Below, piece after piece: positions 1-7,616 of a stretch of 41,212 nucleotides of DNA. Source of the stretch: an uncultured Clostridia bacterium (lineage in GTDB: Bacteria; Bacillota; Clostridia; Christensenellales; UBA1242). The notes beneath the pieces were generated by a model, which saw nothing but the letters and a program-made list of their open reading frames with translations, was not told the origin of the DNA and searched no databases. The first letter of the stretch is position 1, and each line of letters starts with the position of its first letter. Position numbers and translations under genes: made by a program. The stretch lies in assembly GCA_944384495.1 (NCBI GenBank), contig CALWTP010000063.1:1-41212 (forward strand), given 5' to 3'.

Positions 1-102
1 ATCAAAAAAATGCAATACCAGATTTGGAGACCCAAAAAATCTTGGCCCAACAGACTGCCGGTGAAAAAAGTGGGGGATGAAAATGTAGCGGAGAGCAAAT
101 AA
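1..102 (+). CDS. 3' end of an unidentified gene entering from the left edge (33 codons plus TAA)
   Basis: Frame 1 is open from nt 1 to TAA at 100-102 (..IWRPKKSWPNRLPVKKVGDENVAESK*). It is missing from the ORF track because it has no start in the window. It is too short to identify. Confidence 0.3.
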   Translation: MKKMQYQIWRPKKSWPNRLPVKKVGDENVAESK

Positions 103-276
103 TTAAATGGAAATTAAAACTTGTATGATTTAAAAACAAAAAAAATAGCAGTATCCAGCAAGATTTGTTATTTTAATCAAACTTCCATGAATAAAATTCT
201 TGACAGTAAATCATTTGAGCTATCGACAGAATCAAAGATATTTTTATTTATGAAAAGTTTTGGCTTCAAAGCATAT

Positions 277-305
277 TTGACAAATTGCACTCATAGTAGT
301 AAAAT
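277..305 (+). promoter_or_regulatory. Sigma-A type promoter for the 325-1044 gene
   Basis: TTGACA (277-282), a 17-nt spacer, then TAAAAT (300-305). GAGGAG Shine-Dalgarno follows at about 314-319, with ATG at 325. Confidence 0.6.
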
Positions 306-324
306 ACTATAAAGAGGAGAAATT

Positions 325-1044
325 ATGTACTTAGAAAAATCAATTCTCGATGGCAAAATTAGACTTGCGGAATGTGCTTTAGAAGATGTTCAATATCTTT
401 ATGATAAGTTTTTTCCTAATTTCAGCCACACTTTTTTTACTGACGAAATCAAGGGGCATTATTCGTCTATGCAAGCTAAAGAAGCAAGCGAACAAACGAT
501 CAAGGTGCTAAAGAAGGGGATCATCACAAACAATGGTGCAATTTATCCTGTTTATGACTCAGCAAAGGGTAAAAGTGGTGAGTGGCTGGAAGCACATAAA
601 GTCAATGACCATGTGATAACAAGTGCCTTTCTGCGATTAAATTGTATATCTCTAGAAAACTCAGTGCGATATACTTTGTATGACAATGGGCTGGAGTTTT
701 ATCCAAATCACGAATGTTTTGGATTGGTAGAGGCGGACAGTGTTGAGGATCTGATCAAAGCCTATGTGCAAATATACGATAAAAAGGGGAGCGACCATAT
801 TGTTGGACTTAGTAAAGTGCAGATAAATTCGATGTATAAAGTTGCAAGAAGTTTTAACCAAGATTTATTTCAGGCTCTAATAAAAAGCCCTAGCTTTGCG
901 ATCATGAAAAAACCATACGAGATTGAAGATGGCAAGGATTCAAGAAATTGCAAATATAACAAACTGTATCTCAATGAGCTGTTTGCCGCAAACGAGGACG
1001 AGCTTATTGGTTTAGATTATTATAAAAGATTAAGCGGAATATAA
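325..1044 (+). CDS. Hypothetical protein, 239 aa, no family recognised
   Basis: Clean ORF with a strong Shine-Dalgarno site, a consensus promoter upstream and a terminator downstream. No signal peptide and no catalytic motif that I recognise. Confidence 0.7.
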   Translation: MYLEKSILDGKIRLAECALEDVQYLYDKFFPNFSHTFFTDEIKGHYSSMQAKEASEQTIKVLKKGIITNNGAIYPVYDSAKGKSGEWLEAHKVNDHVITSAFLRLNCISLENSVRYTLYDNGLEFYPNHECFGLVEADSVEDLIKAYVQIYDKKGSDHIVGLSKVQINSMYKVARSFNQDLFQALIKSPSFAIMKKPYEIEDGKDSRNCKYNKLYLNELFAANEDELIGLDYYKRLSGI

Positions 1045-1058
1045 AAAGGTATATAAAA

Positions 1059-1089
1059 ATGAGCCACTTAAAAGTGACTCATTTTTTTT
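1059..1089. terminator. Bidirectional rho-independent terminator between convergent genes
   Basis: Hairpin ATGAGCCAC-TTAAAA-GTGACTCAT (1059-1082, one C/A mismatch). It is flanked by an A-run upstream and T8 downstream (1082-1089). Confidence 0.65.
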
Positions 1090-1099
1090 GTTGGCAAAA

Positions 1100-1273
1100 T
1101 TAAAATTTTCGGAAAATCGTTTTCATATCACGTTGGACTTTTTCGTCTTGTAATAACTCTTGAACGGCCTTATCAATTTGCATTTCCATCTCTTTGGATT
1201 GTTTTTGTCTAGGCGCACAATAAGCTATTATATCCGCGATAAATTCATCCCTTTTATTCATTTTCATTTTCAT
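1100..1273 (-). CDS. Small hypothetical protein (about 53-57 aa), apparently translationally coupled to the upstream 196-aa gene
   Basis: The track ORF 1100-1321 overlaps the upstream gene. In-frame ATGs at 1273, 1267 and 1261 lie on the TAA stop (1254-1256) of that gene (MKMKMNKRDEFIADII...). Which ATG is used is ambiguous, and there is no clear Shine-Dalgarno site. Confidence 0.4.
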   Translation of the reverse strand: MKMKMNKRDEFIADIIAYCAPRQKQSKEMEMQIDKAVQELLQDEKVQRDMKTIFRKF

Positions 1274-1844
1274 TCTCAAGACTATCAAATGCACGATCCA
1301 TCTCACTTGAGCGGTCATCATGCTTTATTTTTTCAGCACAGGCAGCAAGATCGCTCGATATAAGCTCTCTTATGTTTGAAGTGATAGATGTATCTCTTTC
1401 TCTATATTTGAGATTAAATGCATTGTTGTGACAAATTCTTTTGTAATATGTTTGAAAGAAAGTTGTCACCTCTTCTGCTGTTTCAATACCAAGATCAGCG
1501 AAAAGCTGACCAACTTTTGCAACCATTTTTGAATATTCTTTCATATCCTTCAATAAAGTATGTTTTTCTCTAGCTCGAGGTGAAAGTGCTTGAGGTTTAA
1601 TTTGATAGCGAGCCATAATCCCATCATAAATTTTAAAATAAGTGTTAAGATCAAAAAGGGTGGCAATCAGCTCATTTATTTTATCATCTAATGCATCCGA
1701 TTTTATAATAGCTGTAATTTTTGCAAGCAGTTCTGGGTTGGCGTCAGGCGAAAAATATCCTGCATGATTAGTTTTTTGTGTCTCCTCTATAATTTGATTG
1801 ATTGTTTGATCTCGATTTTTTTTGTCATTGTACCATTTGCTCAT
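1254..1844 (-). CDS. Hypothetical helical protein (about 196 aa), no family recognised
   Basis: The track ORF starts at 1856, but codons 1-3 (ATGGAGGAA) themselves form a GGAGG Shine-Dalgarno site 7 nt upstream of the second ATG (1844, MSKWYNDKK...). I therefore prefer 1844. The acidic tail ..ENENENE is encoded by a GAAAAT-type hexamer run. Confidence 0.7.
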   Translation of the reverse strand: MSKWYNDKKNRDQTINQIIEETQKTNHAGYFSPDANPELLAKITAIIKSDALDDKINELIATLFDLNTYFKIYDGIMARYQIKPQALSPRAREKHTLLKDMKEYSKMVAKVGQLFADLGIETAEEVTTFFQTYYKRICHNNAFNLKYRERDTSITSNIRELISSDLAACAEKIKHDDRSSEMDRAFDSLENENENE

Positions 1845-1879
1845 AAGTTCCTCCATTTAAGCTTAATTTATACCGTTTA

Positions 1880-1907
1880 AGTATACCATTTAAAATCAAA
1901 ATGTCAA
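1880..1907 (-). promoter_or_regulatory. Sigma-A type promoter (extended -10) for the 1844-1100 unit
   Basis: Minus strand reads TTGACA (1907-1902), a 16-nt spacer, then TGgTATACT (-10 at 1885-1880). It overlaps a direct repeat TTAAATGGTATA / TTAAACGGTATA (plus-strand 1869-1893). Confidence 0.55.
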
Positions 1908-2322
1908 GGGGGTTTTGGAAATAAATTGAATGAAATTTTAAGATTTTTTTGTAGATATATAATATATGCGATAATTATAGAAAAATATACAATAAAATAA
2001 GGCTTAAACGATAAAAAATAATTTAAAATTTATTATTTAAATAAAATTAAAATTAATATTATTTTTTTTTATTAAAAAACTTATTTATCATAAATTTATA
2101 TTATTCGTCATCCAAAAAAAATACCCCTAAAAACATCAATTTAATTCCTTTAAATTTCAGCCTTTAAGGGTATTTTCATAATATTAATTTGTTTAATTTA
2201 TTTTTTCTCCAAGAAGAAAAATTTGATAATTTAATATTATTTTTTATATTAAAAATTAAAAAAGAAAATTATTTTTTGTAAAACCTTTATTTCCTAATGA
2301 TTTTTGTAATATTTTCCATTTT

Positions 2323-4056
2323 TTATTGCCTTAATTTTATATGAAGCTCACGAAGTTGTTTTTCATCTGCTTCAATTGGCCCGCCCATGAGCAGATCTTG
2401 CGCTTTGCTGTTCATTGGGAAAGGCACTACATCTCGGATGTTTGTTATCCCTCTCATAAGCATAATCATACGTTCAAATCCAGGAGCGATACCTGCATGT
2501 GGAGGAACACCATATTGGAAAGCTGTGTAAAGCGCACCAAATCTTTTGATAATTTCCTCTTCACTGTATCCAACAATATTAAATAATTTTATCATTATAT
2601 CCTTATTGATGTTTCGTACAGCACCAGATGCCATTTCATAGCCATTTGCGACAAGGTCATACTGATAAGCAACCACATCCAGCGGATTCACAGTGCTCAG
2701 GGTTTCGAGATCACACTTAGGCATATTGAAAGGATTATGGCAAAACTCTATTTTTCCCTCATCGTCAAGCTCAAACATAGGGAAGTCGACTATCCAGCAA
2801 AATTCAACTCGTGTCTTGTCGATAATATCAAGTTTTGCTCCAACCTCATTTCTTAAAATACCAGCAAGTTTATAGCATTTTTTTGCGTCAATATCTGCAA
2901 TGACAAAGATGTCATCGCCAATTTTAGCATTGGTTTTTTTGATTAAATCCTGAGATTCTTGTTCTGTTATAAACTTAACAATAGGCCCTTTAAGAGTTCC
3001 GTCTTCCAGTACTCTGACCCAGGCCAGCCCTCCCGCACCTTCGTTTAACATTAAGTTTTGCAGTCTTTCATAGAAGGCACGCGATTGTCCCTTTGGATTT
3101 ATTGCAAAGCCTTCAATTGTCTTATCTTTAAAGGCTCCAAAAGTGGTATCCTTAAACACATCTTCAAGACCAACCATTTCAATTGGGTTTCTTAAGTCTG
3201 GCTTATCTGAGCCATACTTCACCATCGCCTCTTTGTAAGGTATACGCCTAAATGGTCCCTTGTTGTATGGAAACAGGCTGAACTTGTCAAAGAGATGAGC
3301 AACCAGTTTTTCAACCGTGCCAAGCACGTCATCTTGGGTTGCGAAACTCATTTCCATATCGATTTGATAAAAGTCGCCAGCAAGTCTGTCTGCACGAGGG
3401 TCTTCATCTCTAAAACAAGGAGCAATTTGGAAATATTTATCCACGCCTCCGCACATCAAAAGCTGTTTAAACTGTTGCGGTGCTTGAGGGAGGGCATAAA
3501 ATTTGCCTTTATGAACTCGGCTTGGAACAAGATAGTCTCTCGCACCTTCTGGACTTGGCACTGTAAGGATAGGGGTGTTTACCTCAGTAAATCCAAGGCC
3601 TCGCAAAAAAGATCGGGTGGCAAAAGCGACATCATCACGTAGCGCAAGCATATTTTGCATCTTTTCATTTCGAAGGTCGAGATATCTATATTTAAGCCTT
3701 AACTCCTCACTGACCTTCATACTATCCTCAATTTCAAAAGGCAGGACATTTTTAGCCTTTGATATGATCGTCAACTTTTCAACCGCGACCTCCACTTTCC
3801 CAGATTTTAAAGCGGGATTTATGGTATCATTTGCCCTAAGAACCACTTTGCCTTTTACAGAAATAACACTTTCTCTGGAAAGAGTGGCAAGCATGGTATC
3901 GTCATGCGTGGTGAGCTGGACTAAGTCTGTTTTATCTCTTAAATCGATAAAGACAATTCCGCCGTGATCACGGATAGTTTTTACCCAGCCGGCAAGCTCC
4001 ACCGTTTGTCCAACAAGAGCCTCATCCACATTTTCAAGTAGCATTGTTCTATACAT
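2323..4056 (-). CDS. aspS: Aspartyl-tRNA synthetase (bacterial type, 577 aa)
   Basis: Class II aaRS hallmarks: N-terminal OB fold (..LAGWVKTIRDHGGIVFIDLRD..), FRDED motif 2 region, GGPIEADE.. C-terminus. GGAG Shine-Dalgarno site lies 10 nt after the gatB stop. Confidence 0.95.
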   Translation of the reverse strand: MYRTMLLENVDEALVGQTVELAGWVKTIRDHGGIVFIDLRDKTDLVQLTTHDDTMLATLSRESVISVKGKVVLRANDTINPALKSGKVEVAVEKLTIISKAKNVLPFEIEDSMKVSEELRLKYRYLDLRNEKMQNMLALRDDVAFATRSFLRGLGFTEVNTPILTVPSPEGARDYLVPSRVHKGKFYALPQAPQQFKQLLMCGGVDKYFQIAPCFRDEDPRADRLAGDFYQIDMEMSFATQDDVLGTVEKLVAHLFDKFSLFPYNKGPFRRIPYKEAMVKYGSDKPDLRNPIEMVGLEDVFKDTTFGAFKDKTIEGFAINPKGQSRAFYERLQNLMLNEGAGGLAWVRVLEDGTLKGPIVKFITEQESQDLIKKTNAKIGDDIFVIADIDAKKCYKLAGILRNEVGAKLDIIDKTRVEFCWIVDFPMFELDDEGKIEFCHNPFNMPKCDLETLSTVNPLDVVAYQYDLVANGYEMASGAVRNINKDIMIKLFNIVGYSEEEIIKRFGALYTAFQYGVPPHAGIAPGFERMIMLMRGITNIRDVVPFPMNSKAQDLLMGGPIEADEKQLRELHIKLRQ

Positions 4057-4066
4057 AATAAACTCC

Positions 4067-5488
4067 TTAATTCAATTTTTCCCTTAATATTTGCATAATT
4101 TCCTGAGCATTTGCCTTGCCTAGGCTTGCTTTCATAACCTGACCTACCAAAAAGTTTAAAATTTTAGGATCTTTTTCTCGCTTATACTGCTCGACAACTT
4201 CTGCTTTTTCTTTTAACACGTTGTCAAGTATTCCTAAAATAACACTTTGGTCAAGGTCGGACAATAATCCACGAGATTTTGCCTCGGTTTGAGCATCAAG
4301 ATCAGTTCCCCAGATGATGGACAAAAGCTCTTTTGCATTATTTCTTTGAAGTTTCTTCTCATCCACTGTCTTTATAATCCAAATGAGATTTTCACCACTT
4401 ATAGCGATGTCTTCATTATTTTTTATTCTGGCAAGTATCTCAGTTGTAATCCAATTTGCAATTGTTTTAGGCTGAGGATATAAAGCGACACATTGATTAT
4501 AAAAGTCTGAGATTTTTTTATCTGCAAGTATGACATCGGCATCATATTCACTAAGGCCATAATTTGAAGTATAGATTTGCTTAAGCTGGTCGGGCAGAGG
4601 AGAAAGGGATTTTTTTATTTCCTCGATATCCTCATCACTTATGTGAATAGCAATAAGATCTGGGTCTGGGAAGTAGCGATAATCCTCGCTGTTTTCCTTT
4701 GTTCTCAAGGTAAAACTCTCACCTTTTTCATCATCCCATTTTCTTGTTTCCTGCAAAATGGTGCCACCATCATCCAAAATCTCTTTTTGTCTGTTTATCT
4801 CATAATTTATGGCTCTGTAAACCGACTTAAAGCCCATAATGTTTTTCATCTCAACTTTGACACCATATTCAGCGCTCCCTTTTGGTTTTAATGAGATATT
4901 TACATCGGCTCGCATTTGACCTTTTTCAAGTTCACATTCTGCCACACCTGCATAGATATATATCTGTCTCAATTTTGTCAAAAATTCAATTGCCTCATCA
5001 GCGCTTTCAATATGAGGTTCTTTCAGAGCATCTGTGACCAGTTCAATTAGCGGTACTCCACCGCGGTTATAGTCGATCATGGAAATATTGCCTTGATGAA
5101 TAAGCTTTCCAGCATCCTCTTCAAGATGAATTCGATTTATTGGAATATCTTTATCAAAAATCCTTAATGATCCATTTATGCAGATGGGTTTCTCAAGCTG
5201 GCTGATCTGATAGGCTTTAGGAAGGTCTGGGTAAAAATAATTTTTTCGCTCAAATATGGCAGTTTTATTTATTTCAAACCCCATCGCAAGCCCGGCCTTA
5301 ATGGTTTTTTTGACAGCTTCACCATTTAAAACAGGCAATGCTCCAGGCAGTCCCACACAAACAGGGCAACAGTTGCTGTTTGGAGATTGGCCATATTGAT
5401 TTTTACAAGAGCAGAAACATTTGGTTTTGGTATTTAGTTCTGCGTGGACTTCAAGTCCAATAACAACATCATACTGCATATCATTCAC
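4067..5488 (-). CDS. gatB: Asp/Glu-tRNA amidotransferase subunit B
   Basis: Canonical GatB N-terminus MNDMQYDVVIGLEVHAEL and CxxC cluster. The start overlaps the gatA stop by 8 nt. Confidence 0.95.
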   Translation of the reverse strand: MNDMQYDVVIGLEVHAELNTKTKCFCSCKNQYGQSPNSNCCPVCVGLPGALPVLNGEAVKKTIKAGLAMGFEINKTAIFERKNYFYPDLPKAYQISQLEKPICINGSLRIFDKDIPINRIHLEEDAGKLIHQGNISMIDYNRGGVPLIELVTDALKEPHIESADEAIEFLTKLRQIYIYAGVAECELEKGQMRADVNISLKPKGSAEYGVKVEMKNIMGFKSVYRAINYEINRQKEILDDGGTILQETRKWDDEKGESFTLRTKENSEDYRYFPDPDLIAIHISDEDIEEIKKSLSPLPDQLKQIYTSNYGLSEYDADVILADKKISDFYNQCVALYPQPKTIANWITTEILARIKNNEDIAISGENLIWIIKTVDEKKLQRNNAKELLSIIWGTDLDAQTEAKSRGLLSDLDQSVILGILDNVLKEKAEVVEQYKREKDPKILNFLVGQVMKASLGKANAQEIMQILREKLN

Positions 5489-6908
5489 CTCGCTCTTCTT
5501 CTAGGAATTTGGCAAGATTGTAGATTGTTTTTTCATTAAACTTTCTTGCCATCAGTTGCACACCTAAAGGCATCCCATGCTCTCCCTTTCCAAAAGGAAT
5601 GGATAGAGATGGTATTCCCACAATATTGGCAGTAACCGTAAAGATATCTTCCTTATATGTGTCAACAGGATTATCTGATTTACTGCCAATCTTATAGGCT
5701 TCTGCCAGGGTGGTTGGCATGATGATAATATCACAGCTTTCAAAAGCCCTATTAAATTGTTTGATAAGTTCACCTTGAATTCTCTTGGCTTTTTTATAAT
5801 AAGCATCGTAGTAGCCAGACGATAAGACATAATTTCCAAGCATAATCCTTCGCTTAACCTCTTTTCCAAAGCCCTCACTTCTGGACATTTTGTAAATTTC
5901 ATCTAGATTTTTGGCATTCTTTGCCCTTGATGTATACTTGACCCCATCAAATCTGGCAAGATTGCTAGTTGCCTCTGCTGGGGCGATGATATAATAGACT
6001 GGCAGGGCGATATCAATATTTGGAAGAGATATATCAACAATTTCAATCTCTTTTGATTTTAACCACTTTACAAAATTCTTTAAATTTTCTTCGCAAGGGA
6101 GACCCTTTGCAAGGTTTAAGATTTCCTTTGGCAGGCCAACTTTGATCTTTTTACATGACCAGTCGCCATTTGTATAGTCATCAACTGCCACTTTAGCGCA
6201 CGTCATATCATTTTTGTCTTCGCCAGCCAAAACCTCGAGCATAAGAGCATTGTCATAAACATTTTTAGAGAATATTCCCACCTGGTCAAGTGAGCTTGCA
6301 AATGCCACCACACCATAGCGAGAAATTCTGCCATAACTTGGCTTTAATCCATATATTCCGCAGTAGCTTGCCGGCTGACGCACACTGCCACCAGTTTCAG
6401 TGCCAAGTGCAATCGGGCACATATCAAGCGCGACTGCCGCACTGCTCCCGCCAGACGAACCGCCTGGTACTCTGTCAAAGTCAAGAGGGTTATGAGTAAT
6501 GCCGAATGCTGAATTTTCGGTAGAGCTTCCCATTGCAAATTCGTCCATGTTGGCTCTTGCAATGATAACCGCTCCCGCCTGCAAAAGCTTATCAATAACC
6601 GTTGCATTGTATTGAGCGACATAATCTTTTAAAAATTCAGAGCCACAGCTACAGATTTTGCCCTCATAGAGGATGTTATCTTTTATAATAATTGGCACTC
6701 CTGCCAACTTTCCCTTAAAACCATTTTTAATCTTTTCGTCCATTGTTTTTGCCTGAAGGATGGCATCATCAAAGACTTCCAAAACAGCATTATATTTTTG
6801 ATTTTTGTTGATTTGATCAATAAACGCTGTGGTCACTTCTTCAGAAGAAAGTTCTCCAGACAATATCTTTTCACGAATTTCTAAGGCTGATAATTTTATA
6901 ATTTCCAT
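5481..6908 (-). CDS. gatA: Asp/Glu-tRNA amidotransferase subunit A (amidase family)
   Basis: Amidase signature GGSSGGSSAAVA. The track start (6941) overlaps gatC. I prefer ATG 6908 (MEIIKLSALEIREKI...), which has a GGAGTG Shine-Dalgarno site and lies 2 nt after the gatC TGA. Confidence 0.95.
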   Translation of the reverse strand: MEIIKLSALEIREKILSGELSSEEVTTAFIDQINKNQKYNAVLEVFDDAILQAKTMDEKIKNGFKGKLAGVPIIIKDNILYEGKICSCGSEFLKDYVAQYNATVIDKLLQAGAVIIARANMDEFAMGSSTENSAFGITHNPLDFDRVPGGSSGGSSAAVALDMCPIALGTETGGSVRQPASYCGIYGLKPSYGRISRYGVVAFASSLDQVGIFSKNVYDNALMLEVLAGEDKNDMTCAKVAVDDYTNGDWSCKKIKVGLPKEILNLAKGLPCEENLKNFVKWLKSKEIEIVDISLPNIDIALPVYYIIAPAEATSNLARFDGVKYTSRAKNAKNLDEIYKMSRSEGFGKEVKRRIMLGNYVLSSGYYDAYYKKAKRIQGELIKQFNRAFESCDIIIMPTTLAEAYKIGSKSDNPVDTYKEDIFTVTANIVGIPSLSIPFGKGEHGMPLGVQLMARKFNEKTIYNLAKFLEEERGE

Positions 6909-6910
6909 AA

Positions 6911-7186
6911 TCACTCCATAATTCTTGGTACAACAATGCAATCCTGTTTGACAAGAGGCGAGTCTTTAAGCAATATCTCAGTTGGTGTGCTTTTGCCAAT
7001 TTCATCATCACGCAACTTGCCCAGATCAATTGTCTGTATGTTTTGTTCGCCTTGAAGATCTGCATTTTTGACAATGTCAGCAAATTCAACAAGATGTTCA
7101 AATTCTTTTGAAAAGCTCTCCATCTCTTCTGGTGAAAATTCAAGTTTTGACAGCTGTGCCAAATGTTCAATTTCCTTAATATCCAT
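6911..7186 (-). CDS. gatC: Asp/Glu-tRNA amidotransferase subunit C
   Basis: 91 aa, typical GatC opening (I..LA.LS.L.F..EE...F). It is the first gene of the gatCAB operon, with a GGGAGGA Shine-Dalgarno site upstream. Confidence 0.9.
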   Translation of the reverse strand: MDIKEIEHLAQLSKLEFSPEEMESFSKEFEHLVEFADIVKNADLQGEQNIQTIDLGKLRDDEIGKSTPTEILLKDSPLVKQDCIVVPRIME

Positions 7187-7204
7187 TATATCCTCCCAGT
7201 CTAT

Positions 7205-7244
7205 AAAAAATAAAAACCACAGTCCGTTTTATAGGAGGCTGTAG
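7205..7244 (-). terminator. Intrinsic terminator hairpin inside the gatC 5' leader (candidate attenuator)
   Basis: Minus-sense RNA reads CUACAGCC-(11-nt loop)-GG(A)CUGUGG, followed by UUUUUAUUUUUU. It ends 18 nt before the gatC ATG. One pair is G.U on the minus sense but a C/A mismatch on the plus sense, which argues for function on the minus strand. Confidence 0.55.
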
Positions 7245-7336
7245 TTTTTTATATAAACAAACAAGCCCCATTAAATGTGGTTCAAATTATTATTGCAATT
7301 AACAACGATTGTAAACATAGACTTTTCCTTTGGAAA

Positions 7337-7365
7337 AATATATCATATAATCATTTAAAAGTCAA
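7337..7365 (-). promoter_or_regulatory. Sigma-A type promoter (extended -10) for gatCAB-aspS
   Basis: Minus strand reads TTGACT (7365-7360), a 17-nt spacer ending in TG, then TATATT (7342-7337). This predicts a leader of roughly 145 nt. Confidence 0.55.
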
Positions 7366-7582
7366 CTGATTGAAAAGCATTTAAGATATTTCCTTATTTT
7401 AAAAATGCAGGTTGTTAAGTGGCAATTGTAATTTTAGTAAAATTCCTAAATTATTTTTTTTGCATCTAGTTAAAAAAATCCATAACCAAGAAATTGTTTG
7501 AAAATATATAAAAATTCAAGATTTTTGACAAAAAAGATCGATATTTTGAAAAAAAAATTAAAATTAATACTTTTAAATAATT

Positions 7583-7610
7583 TTGTAAATACCTTTCTTT
7601 ATGCTAAAAT
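7583..7610 (+). promoter_or_regulatory. Sigma-A type promoter (extended -10) directly abutting the SDR start codon
   Basis: TTGTAA (7583-7588), a 16-nt spacer, then TGcTAAAAT (-10 at 7605-7610). Only 6 nt separate the -10 from ATG 7617, and no Shine-Dalgarno site is present. Confidence 0.5.
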
Positions 7611-7616
7611 AGACAA

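Noticed and set aside
121-312. A 63-aa track ORF upstream of 325-1044.
   Set aside because: It has a non-ATG start and no Shine-Dalgarno site. It spans the consensus promoter of the following gene and has low-complexity AT-driven composition.
1100-1856. The possibility that the 200-aa and 73-aa overlapping minus-strand ORFs are one frameshifted pseudogene.
   Set aside because: The upstream ORF ends in a natural-looking acidic tail, and the downstream ORF has in-frame ATGs at the stop codon, which is typical of translational coupling. I cannot fully exclude a frameshift without homologues, so the small ORF keeps low confidence.
1857-2322. The AT-rich spacer as a replication origin or DNA-unwinding element.
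   Set aside because: No TTATCCACA-type DnaA boxes are visible (only a weak TCATCCAAA), and neither dnaA nor dnaN is adjacent. The dnaB in this window is the helicase, not an origin marker.
7187-7366. A T-box riboswitch label for the gatC leader.
   Set aside because: I could not find the conserved T-box sequence (AGGGUGGNACCGCG), a recognisable specifier loop or an AG bulge. The predicted leader (about 145 nt) is short for a T-box. I kept it only as a generic attenuator candidate.
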